Below the pieces are notes generated by a model. It was not told the DNA's origin and made no database searches. It was given only the letters and a program-made list of their open reading frames with translations. The translations under genes were made by a program, and so were the position numbers. From contig CBFFRQ010000034.1 of the NCBI GenBank assembly GCA_965644315.1, positions 1-64,000 on the forward strand: 64,000 nucleotides of DNA. The letters are read 5' to 3'. This document shows positions 10,901-21,303 of the stretch, piece after piece (positions within the stretch are counted from its first letter, which is position 1; each line of letters starts with the position of its first letter). This DNA is from Caecitellus pseudoparvulus. Lineage: Eukaryota > Protista > Bigyra: Bicosoecida.

Positions 10901-11660
10901 CTCTTCCCTTTCCATTTCAAACGTTTCTCTCACCCATGTCTTTGCCGGCTCCAGCACTGAGCCCCTGGACATGGTGCCATCCGTCAGCTGGGGCAATGCT
11001 CCCGGAGCTGCGTCTTGTGCCTCGGCTCCGTCCAGCCTGCTGTGCGCGATGCAAGAGGTGAGCTCTGGCGAGTTCTGTGTGTGTGTCAGTCCGTCACCTT
11101 CGCCGACTCCATCAGTGACTGGGTCACCTTCGCCGACGGGAACACCGACGACAACGAGCTCGCCGTCGCCAACAGGTACGTCGCTCGCAACGCCCACAAA
11201 CTCCGCGACCAGCACAGCCACTGCCACTGCGTCGCCCACCGCCACTGCGTCGCCCTCCAACACCCCATCCCAAACCGCAACGCCCTCTCCCTCATCCACA
11301 GCCTCTGCCCCTCCGTCGCCCTCAAGTCCGCCAACCGCGTCCAGCACCCCCGTGCCTCCCTCCCCTTCACCCTCAGTCGGCGCCGGGCTGGGCAACGCTG
11401 CCGGCGCCACTTCGACAGACGGTGCTGCGCCAAGCAGCCCTGGAGCCGTCATTGGCCTGAGCGTGGCCATCGTGGTGCTGGCTATCGCTATCGTCGTGGT
11501 TGCTGGGGTCATGTGGCAGCGCACTAGCCAGCAGCCAAACCGAGTGCTGCCTGCGACCAGCGCAAGCTCCGGCGGGGCCAGTGCGCGCGAGGCAGAGACC
11601 GACGTTGAAGTGGAAGTGGGAGGCGAGACTCACATGGACAACCCCATGACAACCGTGTAA
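7908..11660 (+). CDS. Leucine-rich-repeat type-I membrane protein (1250 aa) with S/T/P stalk and short cytoplasmic tail
   Basis: Many LxxLDLSxNxL repeats (LTKLDLTSNLI, LEHLDLSDNPI, LRHLDLSWNRL), N-terminal hydrophobic segment, SPSPSPTPS mucin-like stalk, TM AVIGLSVAIVVLAIAIVVVAGVMW, tail ending DNPMTTV; no introns needed. Confidence 0.92.
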   Translation: MSVASAAEPLACKRRTLGARSSTVLWPAARRLIDLVTLTTFFALFGNVAAGIPPSCTMAGSTLSACTGCAGMEEVVISGAGVTAIAPTAFSALNCTQSLTLRSLSITSLHASVLTGMANLTSFRVEACPIATLPTFEPLSSLREVWLENVGLTYLDWVWFQDNPTIVNMTIRGSKVQGLSSVAPMSSLASLEISHSLLKDSSGLIIPLTAPLTKLDLTSNLINTISASAFLNVASTLEHLDLSDNPISTIESGGFHGLSSVKTLRMHNAQLTSIGASLLPLTSLELLDLSGNTLRSSPRQGQLSTTLTHIDLSSNALQTMFHDAFGFLSALEVIDLSHNPLSALPETLFTHTTGLVSLDLRGTRGLLLSEALLAPLANLQHLYIAGASTPLTESAASQLPILQTLHVESSSAFNVSNGVLSRFTNLTSFTCRACRVHELASNMFQGLNSLESITIQQSGLHAIENGAFAGLPALRHLDLSWNRLTVMGSGVMTDLDGLTHLDLSHNGLYLLSTAWNAPDLVHLDVSHNTFTWFPVRPWRSLTDFDVSHNLLPSTPPTWLQGLDSLERLNLSHNPITDVGYSSLNCGTAGPGLSIDLSFTSLVLFRSNAVFTAPVYRVILRGTQMVTLSSGNLNKFATLPLIELDLSDLSLTGWPLENCAGFSLQVLRISNSNLSSIPSTAQPCFTNLSQVDLSGNNLNSVPAFVGASQALELLDLSGNGLGTLPSGLLTPSGEALQVLDVSGSSFSHLTLLSALTHTFQLRELRASNCSWTDLSVLEDVLDLCRSLRSLTLSGNPFTSWAVLNGVHLPPGLRELDMRDARLLDMYSPFWTHANLLEGLMLGGNLLTHVPATAFTGSQHLRQLSFEWSTELDSVVMDAQACPCSLDLLSLQGTQVANINAAFCASGPLELDASSLPSVSEVTLDASQTRLRAATIPERLYSHGFDALKDAPALQAIEMANPAQSAASYLPDLTAVTAVTLADSHVLTMLGPDLAVFAGLSSLSISNVSLTHVFAGSSTEPLDMVPSVSWGNAPGAASCASAPSSLLCAMQEVSSGEFCVCVSPSPSPTPSVTGSPSPTGTPTTTSSPSPTGTSLATPTNSATSTATATASPTATASPSNTPSQTATPSPSSTASAPPSPSSPPTASSTPVPPSPSPSVGAGLGNAAGATSTDGAAPSSPGAVIGLSVAIVVLAIAIVVVAGVMWQRTSQQPNRVLPATSASSGGASAREAETDVEVEVGGETHMDNPMTTV

Positions 11661-11820
11661 GTGATCATCCCACCGTGCGTGAAGGGTGCATACTGCATCG
11701 GCTGCAAGAAGCAAGCCAGGGAGGTGGAGGTTGGCTGCCCCCCTGACTTGGCTTCGCAAGCACTGCAATGCACCAAGAAGAACTATCAGCTTGGCGTGTT
11801 CCTGGCACCATACAATCCGC

Positions 11821-13652
11821 TCACTGGGGCGTCAACGTAGACACAGCAGCATGCAGCGCCTCGAGATAGCTTGCCCTTGCCTGGGGCGAGCTCGGCAGGG
11901 GCAAGGCGGAGGCAACGTGCCACAAGTCGTGTGCGGTAAACGACAGTCGAAGGCTGGGGTACTGTCGGGCCAGCTCCGCGACACCCTGCAGCAGTTGGTG
12001 GAGAGCTTCGGTCTCAAAGGGGCTGCCATGCATCTCCAGAAGGCGGCTTCGCAGCTGGACCCAGGCCCGCACTGCTGCCTGCTGTGTTCCCAGCCACAGC
12101 AGTGCTTCGGCAACGGTGCGGGACTCTGACGGTGACTGTGCGGCGACAAGGAACGTGCCCTCTTCGCACCGACCTTGATGGACCTCCAGACAGGTCGGTA
12201 GGTGGTGTGCAGACGGTATTGTGGCGGTCTGCGGAGATGGGGTGGGGCTGCAGGCGCAGCAAGTGTGGGGCGGCTGGCCGGAAGCCGCAGCGGAAGCTGG
12301 CAGGATGTCGGTCGGAGGGAGTTGGAGAACCTGCTCCTCCATGCCGCTTCCTATGGGCTGCACAATCACACTCGTGTACTCAGTTCCTGTTGCGTCTTGT
12401 GCGGGATTTTGCGATGCAGTAGGCGGGAGCGGTCCGGGATAAAGTGCCGGGATGGACGTGTTAGGCACCAACTCGCCCTCGCTCTGATGTGGTGGGGCTG
12501 AGGGGTTCACGTTTGCTTTCGCATCTCCTGCACTTGTGGTAGAGGTGCTGTCTTCATCGCTGCCGTCGGCAGGCTCGTCTCTCAGCACAGCCTCCAACAA
12601 CTCCGCATTGGCTGCCAACAGCGCCTGGTTCACAGCAGGCCAGGTGTCAAGGCCAGAAGTCATACCCGAGGCGGTGCCGGCCCGCTGAGCCAAGCAGGGG
12701 CACCGGAACAACAGCTGCACAGTCGGTAGGCCGTACAGTACGTACAGGAGAAAGACGAAGCCCGGTGCGAGGAAGGCTGGCCACCATGCTGGGTCGGTGA
12801 TGTACAGGTGAGTTGCAACGCCCAGCACTGTCGCCATGACGATGGTGCTGTAGAGGAGGAGGTGGAAGTCAATGGCAAGGAGGCTATTTGTGGAGGTCAG
12901 GAGGGGCCTGTCAGGGAAGGCGGCCAGCAGTGTGATGTGCGTGTGTGTGCCAACTTGCCCAACGTGTGCGGCATTTGCTACGTCACGCCCGTGCAAGATC
13001 CACGTGTCACAGAAAGCACGCCCATCGTACTGCCACCTGCGTAGCACAAGTAGAAGCTCGTGGGGGGTTGGGGGTTTGATCCAATTGATGCGGTGGCAGG
13101 CGCTGAGACGCACGCAAGCGTGGTTGCCATGTGGTGCGTTTCTATCGTTTGCACTGACGCAGACCCACCGCCACCACTCGCCGCTGAGGAAGTGCGCCTG
13201 TGAAGGAAGCGGAAACCCGTGCACAGATGAAATTTAGGTGTAAAAATAACACGCTTGCTGCTTCACGCTCTGTGGCTGCACGTTTGCCACGCACCTGCCA
13301 GTTCTTGTGGTCCACGAACGCTTGGCCAGCACGAGGGCGGGCACTTGCACGGCGCCTTGAAGGAGAGCAGCCCGTGTAAACTGCGGAGAAGTGAAACACG
13401 TAGTCATACACGCGGGGAAAGTTATGCCAGTGTCGGTGCTTCGTGTCTTACCGGGCTTAGGGTCGCCTTCACTATTCCTCTCCACAGCGACCCGAAGAAG
13501 GTGACGACCAAGGCGCCGACGACGATGGGCGCGATGTACGCCGAGAACAACTCCTGCTCCGGGGAAGTCTCAGATTCACTTGTCTCAGCACGTGCCATGG
13601 CTACTGCGCTGAGCGCGCACAGCGCTGCCAAGTGGCTGTGCAGAGTTGTCAT
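11821..13652 (-). CDS. Distant paralog of the DUF3592-like array gene with signal peptide and long C-terminal extension
   Basis: Exons 13652-13452, 13380-13295, 13197-13114, 13036-11821 (phases 0,2,2; exon 2 again 86 nt). FTRAALLQGAVQVPALVLAKRSW...TTLAWQYDGRAF...LAAFPDRPL...IDFHLL...WWPAFLAPGFVFLLYVLYGLP parallels VVPATCV...IIMWYDFKGEQY...HPAHPEAGL...LDWQLL...HWPALVVPCVVSVLWLVAGVP. Confidence 0.75.
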
Positions 13653-14111
13653 GTTGCGGAAACTGCTTCCGTCCAAGCCAGCGCGGATGTCGACGGGCCC
13701 AAGGAACTCAGGCGTGGAGAGTGGCGGAAATAAGGTGGTCCACGGGGATTATCCGCAAGATATACACGTGTGACAGTGCCTCCAGACACCTCGACATTTG
13801 ACAAGGTCGACCGGGCACGGCGAGTTTGTCCAGCTGCGCGACATGCAGCAGCCGGCGCTGAGAGGTGGGACGAGACTTCCCACCCTTGCACCACACAAAT
13901 TTCAATGAAACCCGCAGGAGAAAGCGAAAGGGTACACTCCATGCGAACCCTTGATTGTATGCCACTTCCCTTGCGCCAAGGCTTGCGTCTTACGGCGCCC
14001 GCACGCGGCAGTGGAAAGAGGGCGGCGTGCCGCAAGCGCCCTCAAGGGAGGCCCGTCGCAGCCTCAGCCCCCTGACGCGGCGTGGGCAGGGCATTCCAAC
14101 CCTTGACAGCC

Positions 14112-17051
14112 ATGGCTGCAACAGATGCCACTGAGCTGGATGCGATGGACAACACGCGGGAGTTCGAGCAGATTGAGGAGGATTTCCAGGAGGTGCGGAA
14201 ATTGGCCATCGCGCGATCTTGGCTCGACTGTCGTGCCTTGCTGCTGCACACCGGCTCTGCACACCTTGGGACGCCACTTCTGTGCAGGTTTTGGAGCAGT
14301 TAGTGGGGGATGCGAGTCTGGAGCGCTTTCGCAAGGAGTACGAGAAGCTGCATGAGCACCTGAAGAAGGTGAGGCGTGGCGGCCGGCACTGGCGTGCTTT
14401 GGTGCACTGGCGCTGACGCTGGCGCTCACCACCCCCGCCCCCAACTGCCTCCTCCCCAGTCCCATGACAATGAGCGGCGTCTGGTGCGCAAGGTGAAGGC
14501 CATGAACAGTGAGCTGGCACAGATGGGGTCCAAGGTGGCCCAGGCCATGAAGCTGAGCGCGGACGATGACAGCACCGCCGCCAAGCTGCGGAAGAAAGTG
14601 GACACGCTTTACGGCATGGTGGATGCGGCCAACGCGCAGGAGGAGGAGGCGCGCGCGACGGTGGCCAAGTTGCAGAAGGAGGTGACTCGCCTGACGGAGG
14701 TGGTTGACTCGTACACCAGCATGCTGGGAGAGGATTCGTCGCTGGAGGAGGTGATCGCGGCGCGGAATACGCTGGCCCAAAAGCACCAGGAAGCCCTGCA
14801 CACCATCGAGTACGAGCAGGGCCGCGCAGATGAACTGCGCCTGAAGCTGGAAAGCGCCCACACACAGCACAAGGAGAAGAAGGCTGTCATCGGCGAGCTC
14901 AAGTCACAGCTGCGCAGCAAGGCTGACGAGCACGTGCGGGAACTGCGGAAGCGGGAGAGTGTGGAGACACAGATGGCAGAGCTGCGCAAGGACCTCGCTG
15001 AGCGCACCCGGGAGCTGCAGGCGCTGAAGGCGGATTTGGAGAGCGCCAAGACTGAGGCGGCGCGGAATTTGCTCGCGGTGACGGAGGCACAGAGCGAGGT
15101 GAAGGAGCAGGTGATGCACGTGGACGAGGTGGAGAGCCGCAACGCAGCACTGCATAAGCAGATTCGAGACCTGCAGGCGCGCTGTGACACCATGACTGAG
15201 GCCAAAATGGGCGCTGACAAGGAGTTGAGTGCGGCGCGGCTGGAACGCAGTCGCGTGGAGGGCGAGAAACGCCGCCTGGCAGGGAAGCTGAAAAACGCCG
15301 AGGGGCGCATCGACCGCCTGAAGAGCGGGCTGGACGAGCAGAAGCTGACGGAGTCCAGCCTGCGATCCGAGGTCGTCTCCCTGCAAAAGCAACTGGACGC
15401 TCTGGCCAAAGACTCCACCTCCAAGGCACGGCAACTTGGCCGCCTGCAAATGGACTATGAGCGGGGGCAGGAGAAGTTGGCAGGGGAGGCGGCCCGAGTG
15501 CGTGAAGCGGCGACCAGTCTGGAGGAGGAGAAGGCGGCGGCGCGCAAGCAGGATGAGCAGCTGGCGCTGTTCACTCGGAATGCGGAAAAAGCGCGCAACG
15601 TCATTGACAAGCTCACCATGCAGGTGCAGCGGCACAAGGCGGAGGTGCAGGCAGCACAGGCGGCCACGGCGGCAGCCAAGGCGCAGGTGAGTGCCGCCCA
15701 GGCCACGATTAAGGAGGGGGAGAGCAAGGAGGCAGAGCTGATGGCGCGGCTGAAACAACAGCAGACGCTGTACGAGAGTGTGCGGGCAGACCGGAACATG
15801 TACTCCAAGCAGCTCATTGAGAGCCAGGACGAGATCGCGGAGATGCGGCGCACGTTCAAGGTGAAGCAGCACCAGATCACGCAGCTGAAGGAAGACATTG
15901 GGGGGAAAGACCGTGCGCTGATGGCGGAGCACTATGAGAAGAAGGGGCTGTCCAAGATGCTGCAGCAGCGTGAGTTCGAGAACGAGGAGCTGAAGAAGCT
16001 GCTGAAGGAGTCAGAGGCCAGCAACGAAAAGCTGGCGACGGAACTGGACGAGCTGAACGCCGCCATCCGGCGCCAGGACGAGGAAGGCGAGAAGCAGCGG
16101 CAGAAACTGAAGGAGGTCGTGACGCAGCGCGACATCCTGGGCACACAGCTCATCCGGCGGAATGACGAGCTGGCCCTGCTGTTCGAAAAGGTGCACATCC
16201 TGCAGTCCCAGCTGCAGCGTGGGGAGGCCACGTTTGGCGAGAAGCTGGACTACATCCGCATGTTGAAGTTGAAGGTGGCGGACTTGACGCGAGAACTTGC
16301 GCTGGCCAAGAAATCCTCTGGGCGGGTGGAGGACCTGCAGCGCGACACACACCGCCTGCACAGCGAGCTGCTGCAGGAAAAGACCAAGGTGAAGGCGCTG
16401 AGCGAGGAGCTGGAGAACCCCATGAACGTGCACCGCTGGCGGAAGCTGGAAGGCAGCGACCCCGCAACGTACGAGCTGATCCAGAAGATCCAGACGCTGC
16501 AGAAACGCCTCATTTCCAAGACGGAGGAGTGCGTCGAGAAGGACCTGCAGCTGCGCGAACGAGACAAGCTGTACGTAGAGCTGAAAGGCATTCTCGCGCG
16601 GCAGCCGGGGCCCGAGGTGGCGGAGCAGCTGTCCATGTACCAGCAGAAGCTGAGCGAGAAGACGCGCCAGTTGACCTCCATGGCGGCCGAGCTGAACATG
16701 AGCACGGTGCACATGAACGAAGTCAAGTTCGACAAGGAGCGCCTGCACCGCGAGCTGCAGGACACGAAACAGCGCTTCTACCAGTACAAACGGCGCACGC
16801 AGCTGCTGGGAAGCTCAGCGGGTGGAGCGACACACACCTCAGAGCCAGGCCACGCCACCACGGCACCCCTGGCCTCCACCACAGGCAGTGCTGCCGTGCA
16901 CCCCTCTGGAGCCAGTGTGGGCGCAGTTTCGACGCAACATTTTGCAGCAGAGGGCGGCCTGACTGCCGGCTTGGCGGCGACGCAACGCAGCAAGGCGCTG
17001 GCGGGCTCCACACGGCGGTTCACGGGTGGCGGCTTCAGCACGCATGCATGA
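14112..17051 (+). CDS. CFAP58: Cilia- and flagella-associated protein 58 (CCDC147 family coiled-coil)
   Basis: Exons 14112-14192, 14288-14368, 14460-17051. FEQIEEDFQEVLEQLVGDASLERFRKEYEKLH...SHDNERRL, QQTLYESVRADRNMYSKQL, RDILGTQLIRRNDELALL and ELENPMNVHRWRKLEGSDP are recognisable CFAP58 motifs. Confidence 0.95.
14195..14203. promoter_or_regulatory. Recurrent motif GCGGAAATT in CFAP58 intron 1
   Basis: GT-GCGGAAATT at the donor of intron 14193-14287. Confidence 0.55.
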
Positions 17052-17287
17052 GGGGGTTGTGAAGTGGGGCTGGGTGTGCTGTGGCGTCTGATCTTCGAAT
17101 GCACTTTGTTCGCGCAATGGGGGGGTGTAAACATGAAGCAACCCGCCTTTCCCACACTTGCTGCCTTGCGCAAGTTCCCATAATTGCATGCCCCGCCAAC
17201 TCTGAGCATTTGGCGCGGTATTTGTCACCATTTGACTTGCTCCCACCTCCCCCCCAAGTGTGCGGGCCGCGCATCTGCCCGGCGAGG

Positions 17288-20200
17288 ATGGGGCACGGCG
17301 GAGCGCCAGGCAGCGGGAAGCGGCGCAAACACGGCAAGAAGCACAAGCACAAGCACAAGCGGCATGAGGGGAGCCAGCCAGCCCACAGAGAGGGCGGTAA
17401 ACCGAATTTGTACCAGACAGCGCAGTCCCTCATTGGATCCCTGCCAGGGTTGCTCCCCAAGACGTGAGTCTGCCGGGCGGGGTGCGGCCCAATTTCCGCA
17501 CGCCACCACTGCTTTGCCCCCATCCACCCCTTCCTGCTCACTTCCTTGCCCAGAATGGAGTTCAAGCGCGGTCGTGAATCAGGATCAGCTCGCCCGACTC
17601 CAACTGGCGCCAAGGTTGAGGTGCGTTGCGACTGCTGGCGTGCCTGGCATCTCCGCGCCTGTTCTGGTGCTGGCTCTGACACACTCACACACCCCCCTCT
17701 CCACTCAGGAGCTGGACCTGCCTTCCAAGGGCCTCTTTGTCTTCCAGAACTGGGAGGCGCTGCGTCGGCTCCACGCGTGGCGCAAGGTGCTGCCACCCGC
17801 CGCCGGGCTGGTGAACCATGGCAATACGTGCTTCTTGAACGCAACGTTGCAGTGTCTGGCAGCTACGCCGGTGCTGACACAGCAGCTCGCGACAGAGCTG
17901 CGCAACCCCATCAAGACCAGCGATGGACAGCTGCGAGGCCATGCGCTGGTCCGGGCCAACCTCGCGTATGTGCTGGCCGCCATGCGAGCCAAGTCGCGGC
18001 AGGTGTTCAGTCCGAAACGCATCGTGCGCAACCTGCGCATCATCGGGCGGCAGTTTCACTTTGGGCATCAGGAGGACTCGCACGAGTTCCTGCGGTGCCT
18101 GCTAGAGTCCCTGCACCAGGCTGAGCTGCACGCGGCGGGTGTGCCTGACAACGCACCTGGACGTCGGGCTGAGACATCCTTCGTGCACGCCGCTTTCGGA
18201 GGCTACACACGATCTCAAGTCAAGTGCCCTCAGTGTCCCTATGCGTCCAACACGTACAGCCCATTTTTGGATCTGTCCCTCACCATCTCGAAACGCACGC
18301 CAGACGTCAAAGCGGCGCTGAAGCGTTTCACGGCGTCAGAGCGCCTGGACGCAGACAACGCATGGAAGTGCAGTGGGTGTGGGCAGCGGGTGCAGGCGTC
18401 CAAGGGCACAAAACTGCACCGCACACCCAATGTGCTGACTCTGCAGCTGAAGCGTTTCGCGTTTGGCGGGGGAGGGGGCATGTTCGGCGGGTTCGGCGGA
18501 TTTGGCGGCGGATTTGGTGGCGGGCGCAAGTTGGGGTACCCCGTCGCCTTCGCGCCTTCCCTGGACCTGGCCCCGTACTGCTCAAAGGATGTGGAGGCGA
18601 GGGAGGGGTCACCCCCCCTGTACGACCTGCAGGGGGTGCTGGTGCATTCGGGGTCCAGTTTGCACAGTGGGCACTACTACTCCTTCGTCAAGTGCCCCAA
18701 CGGCATGTGGGTGTGCGCAAACGACGAGGATGTGTCCGCTGTGAAACTGTCCACCGTCCTGGCACAGCAAGCGTACATGCTCTTCTACACCCGCCGCACG
18801 CCAGTGACCCCCCTGCCCGAAGAAGGGGCAGTGACGCGCCCCCCTCCTGCGCTGGCTGCGAGTCAAGCCTCAGCTGCCCACCGTGCGGCAGACGCAGCAG
18901 CGGAACCCCCCGCACCGAAACGGCCCAAACCAGACGCCCCTCCAAGTGTGGCACCATCAGCCTCCACTGGCTTGACTGCTGGCGGGGATGCGGTGAGTGA
19001 CTTTGCCATTGCCACGACGGGCGTAACGCATCGTGGGGCGCTGGACGAAGCCACCGCCCACAGCACCGACACTCTGGACACAGCGGCCACAGCCTGGGCA
19101 CCACCTGCCGCCGCATCCACCGGACTGCTGCTGCCTGGCACGGCGGGGCAGGCAGCTATGGCGCTGTTGGGTGGTCAGCCAGAAACGCCCGGCACGCCAG
19201 CCATGTCGCTGCCGCCGACACCGCCCCCGCCCCACGGCAGTCTGCGCCCCGCCGCTCCGTCTGTGCCCAAAGTTTCGTCCACCACAGTGCGGGCTGGTGT
19301 GCGTGCTGCGTTGGCAGAGGAGGCGGCGCGTGGGCCCACACCGGGCACCGGGGTGGGCTGCCTCAACCGTGGCCTCATCCTCGCAGCCAAGCAGGATTCC
19401 CTCACATCGGACTCGGATACCTCGGATGACTCTGACTCGTCTGATGACGCGGAGCTGGGGCCACCTTCTTCGTCTAGTGGCGTCAGTATGCGAACCAGTC
19501 ATGTAGGAGCCACTCATGCCGATATCGCCCACCCTGGCACCAAAGCCGCCGAAAAACCGGCGCCCACTGCAGCCTCAGAGTCCAGCAGCAACTCAAGTAG
19601 CAGTGATGACTCGGATGATGACAGTGACTCATCCTCCGACTCAGACGCCAGCGCTGCTGCGGCGGCAGAGCTTCGCGCAGCACGCCGCGCAATTTCAGAT
19701 CGCGTCGTTTCCTCGACTAATGTGACTCGTGGCCGGGAGCGGGTGACTCTGACGGGGAAACGCCGGCGCAGTGTCCCAGAGGGCACCCTCGTCGCCCAGC
19801 CCCTCTCTGTGGGGGGCGGTCGCGGGGTGGTGCATGCGACCACCGATCTCGGTGCTGCCGACTGGTCAACTGACGTCACTGTCGGACAAGGCAGTGCGCG
19901 CAGCGCAGCCAGCACAGCGGAGCAAGGCACGCGTAGCGCCCAGCCCGCATCAGCTGACGTCGTGCTGGAGCGCACACGGCGCAAGGCCGAGCGCGGGCAC
20001 CGTGGCGGTTGGGACGACTGGGTGGACAAGGGGAAGGTGAAGAAGGTGCGTGGCGAGAAACGCGCCCGGGACGGGGCTGCGGAATTCGACGCCATGCACT
20101 CTGCCCGTCAAGCGGAGGCGGGGGTGGGTGCCCCCCGTCGCGGCGTGGAGATGTCCGCGGAGTCGCGGAAGAAACGTGCGCGGCGCCAGGAGCGGCAGCA

Positions 20201-20516
20201 ACTGGCGCCAGCTCACGCCAGCCCCGTGGCGAGCAGGACTGGTGGCCAGCCCGATGTCAGCGGCATGTCTGACATCCAGGCAGCCTTTGCGCTGTACGGC
20301 GGTGCTGGGGGCTCGCACCGCGACACGCCTGCTGCGCCGGACAGTGCGGCAGGCGTCCCGACTGGGCAGGATTTCTGGCGACCTGACACGCCCCGACGGG
20401 GGGGGCACAGCTGGAGGGGGGGGAGGGGGCGAGGCGGCCAGGGGCACTTTCGTGGACGGGGGCGTGGGAGAGGCCGAGGGCGGGGGCGTGGGAGGGGGCG
20501 TGGACGGGGGAGGTGA
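17288..20516 (+). CDS. Ubiquitin-specific protease, USP36/USP42 (plant UBP23)-like
   Basis: Exons 17288-17463, 17554-17620, 17709-20516. Cys box GLVNHGNTCFLNATLQCL, QEDSHEFL, LQLKRF, His box GVLVHSGSSLHSGHYYSFVK; C-terminal WDDWVDKGKVKKVR resembles the USP36 nucleolar motif; RG-repeat tail. Confidence 0.92.
17491..17499. promoter_or_regulatory. Recurrent motif AATTTCCGC in USP intron 1
   Basis: CCCAATTTCCGCAC inside intron 17464-17553. Confidence 0.55.
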
Positions 20517-21260
20517 CACCCTCGAGCGAAGCGATGCAGGCCAGTCGGAGCGCGCAGCTTCCACCCGCGAGCGAGTGTTTCGGGTGCCGGCAATCGGGAC
20601 TGAGCTGCTTTCCCGGCGACGCCACGGAACGACATGGGAATTTTGTGCTGTTCGCGTACTTCGCTCAGCTCTGTGGCGATTCCGCGCCACACGCCGGAGG
20701 GAGAACCTCTGTGGACAAGGGGTGCATGCGGAAATAGCGCCGACTCCAATGCACCTCGAAACACCCCTCAACCGACGCACATCGTGCATAACGACAAAAT
20801 GACTTAAGCATACTACCCGAACGGTGTGGGTTTTGTTCTGCGTTGGGTTCTTTGCTCGCGAAGCTCTTGGCCGCGTGTGCTTGCGCCGTTTGTTTTGAGC
20901 CGGCGCCTGGCCGAAGGAGCACTCCGCCGCTTCGGTCCGCATAACGCAAGCCTCAAGGGACGCCTTCCCCCACACCGCACTGAACTGGCTCAGCAGACGG
21001 GAAAACTTAGACTTTAAACTTTAGTTGCTAAGGCCTAGGTTGCCTTTAGCCCACCAACAGCGCCGCGCAACGAGTGCTTCGTGCCACGTTTGTGCGGACT
21101 TGCTCACCGCGACACAGTCTGCGACGGCTGCGATGTGTTTGCGCCGGCCCGGCCAGCGTGACGTGCAGTCTGACCATCGTGTCATGCCGCGAAGTGCTTT
21201 TTTCGCGTGTTCGCGACAGGTTCACCCCGCGGGGCAAGGCATGTTCGCTGGTGCAGTTCC

Positions 21261-21269
21261 GCGGAAATT
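21261..21269. promoter_or_regulatory. Recurrent motif GCGGAAATT about 35 bp upstream of the giant receptor ATG
   Basis: CCGCGGAAATTGAC upstream of ATG 21304. Confidence 0.5.
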
Positions 21270-21303
21270 GACGGCGCACGCGCCCACCTTTGGCCAGTCC
21301 TGG

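Noticed and set aside
17184-17708. N-termini given by the ORF track for USP (17184), CFAP58 (14376), the giant receptor (22644) and CLPTM1 (61086)
   Set aside because: These starts fall in introns or UTR; spliced upstream exons give better N-termini.
21001-21050. TTTAG/CCTAG-rich patch as an interstitial telomere
   Set aside because: No regular tandem periodicity.
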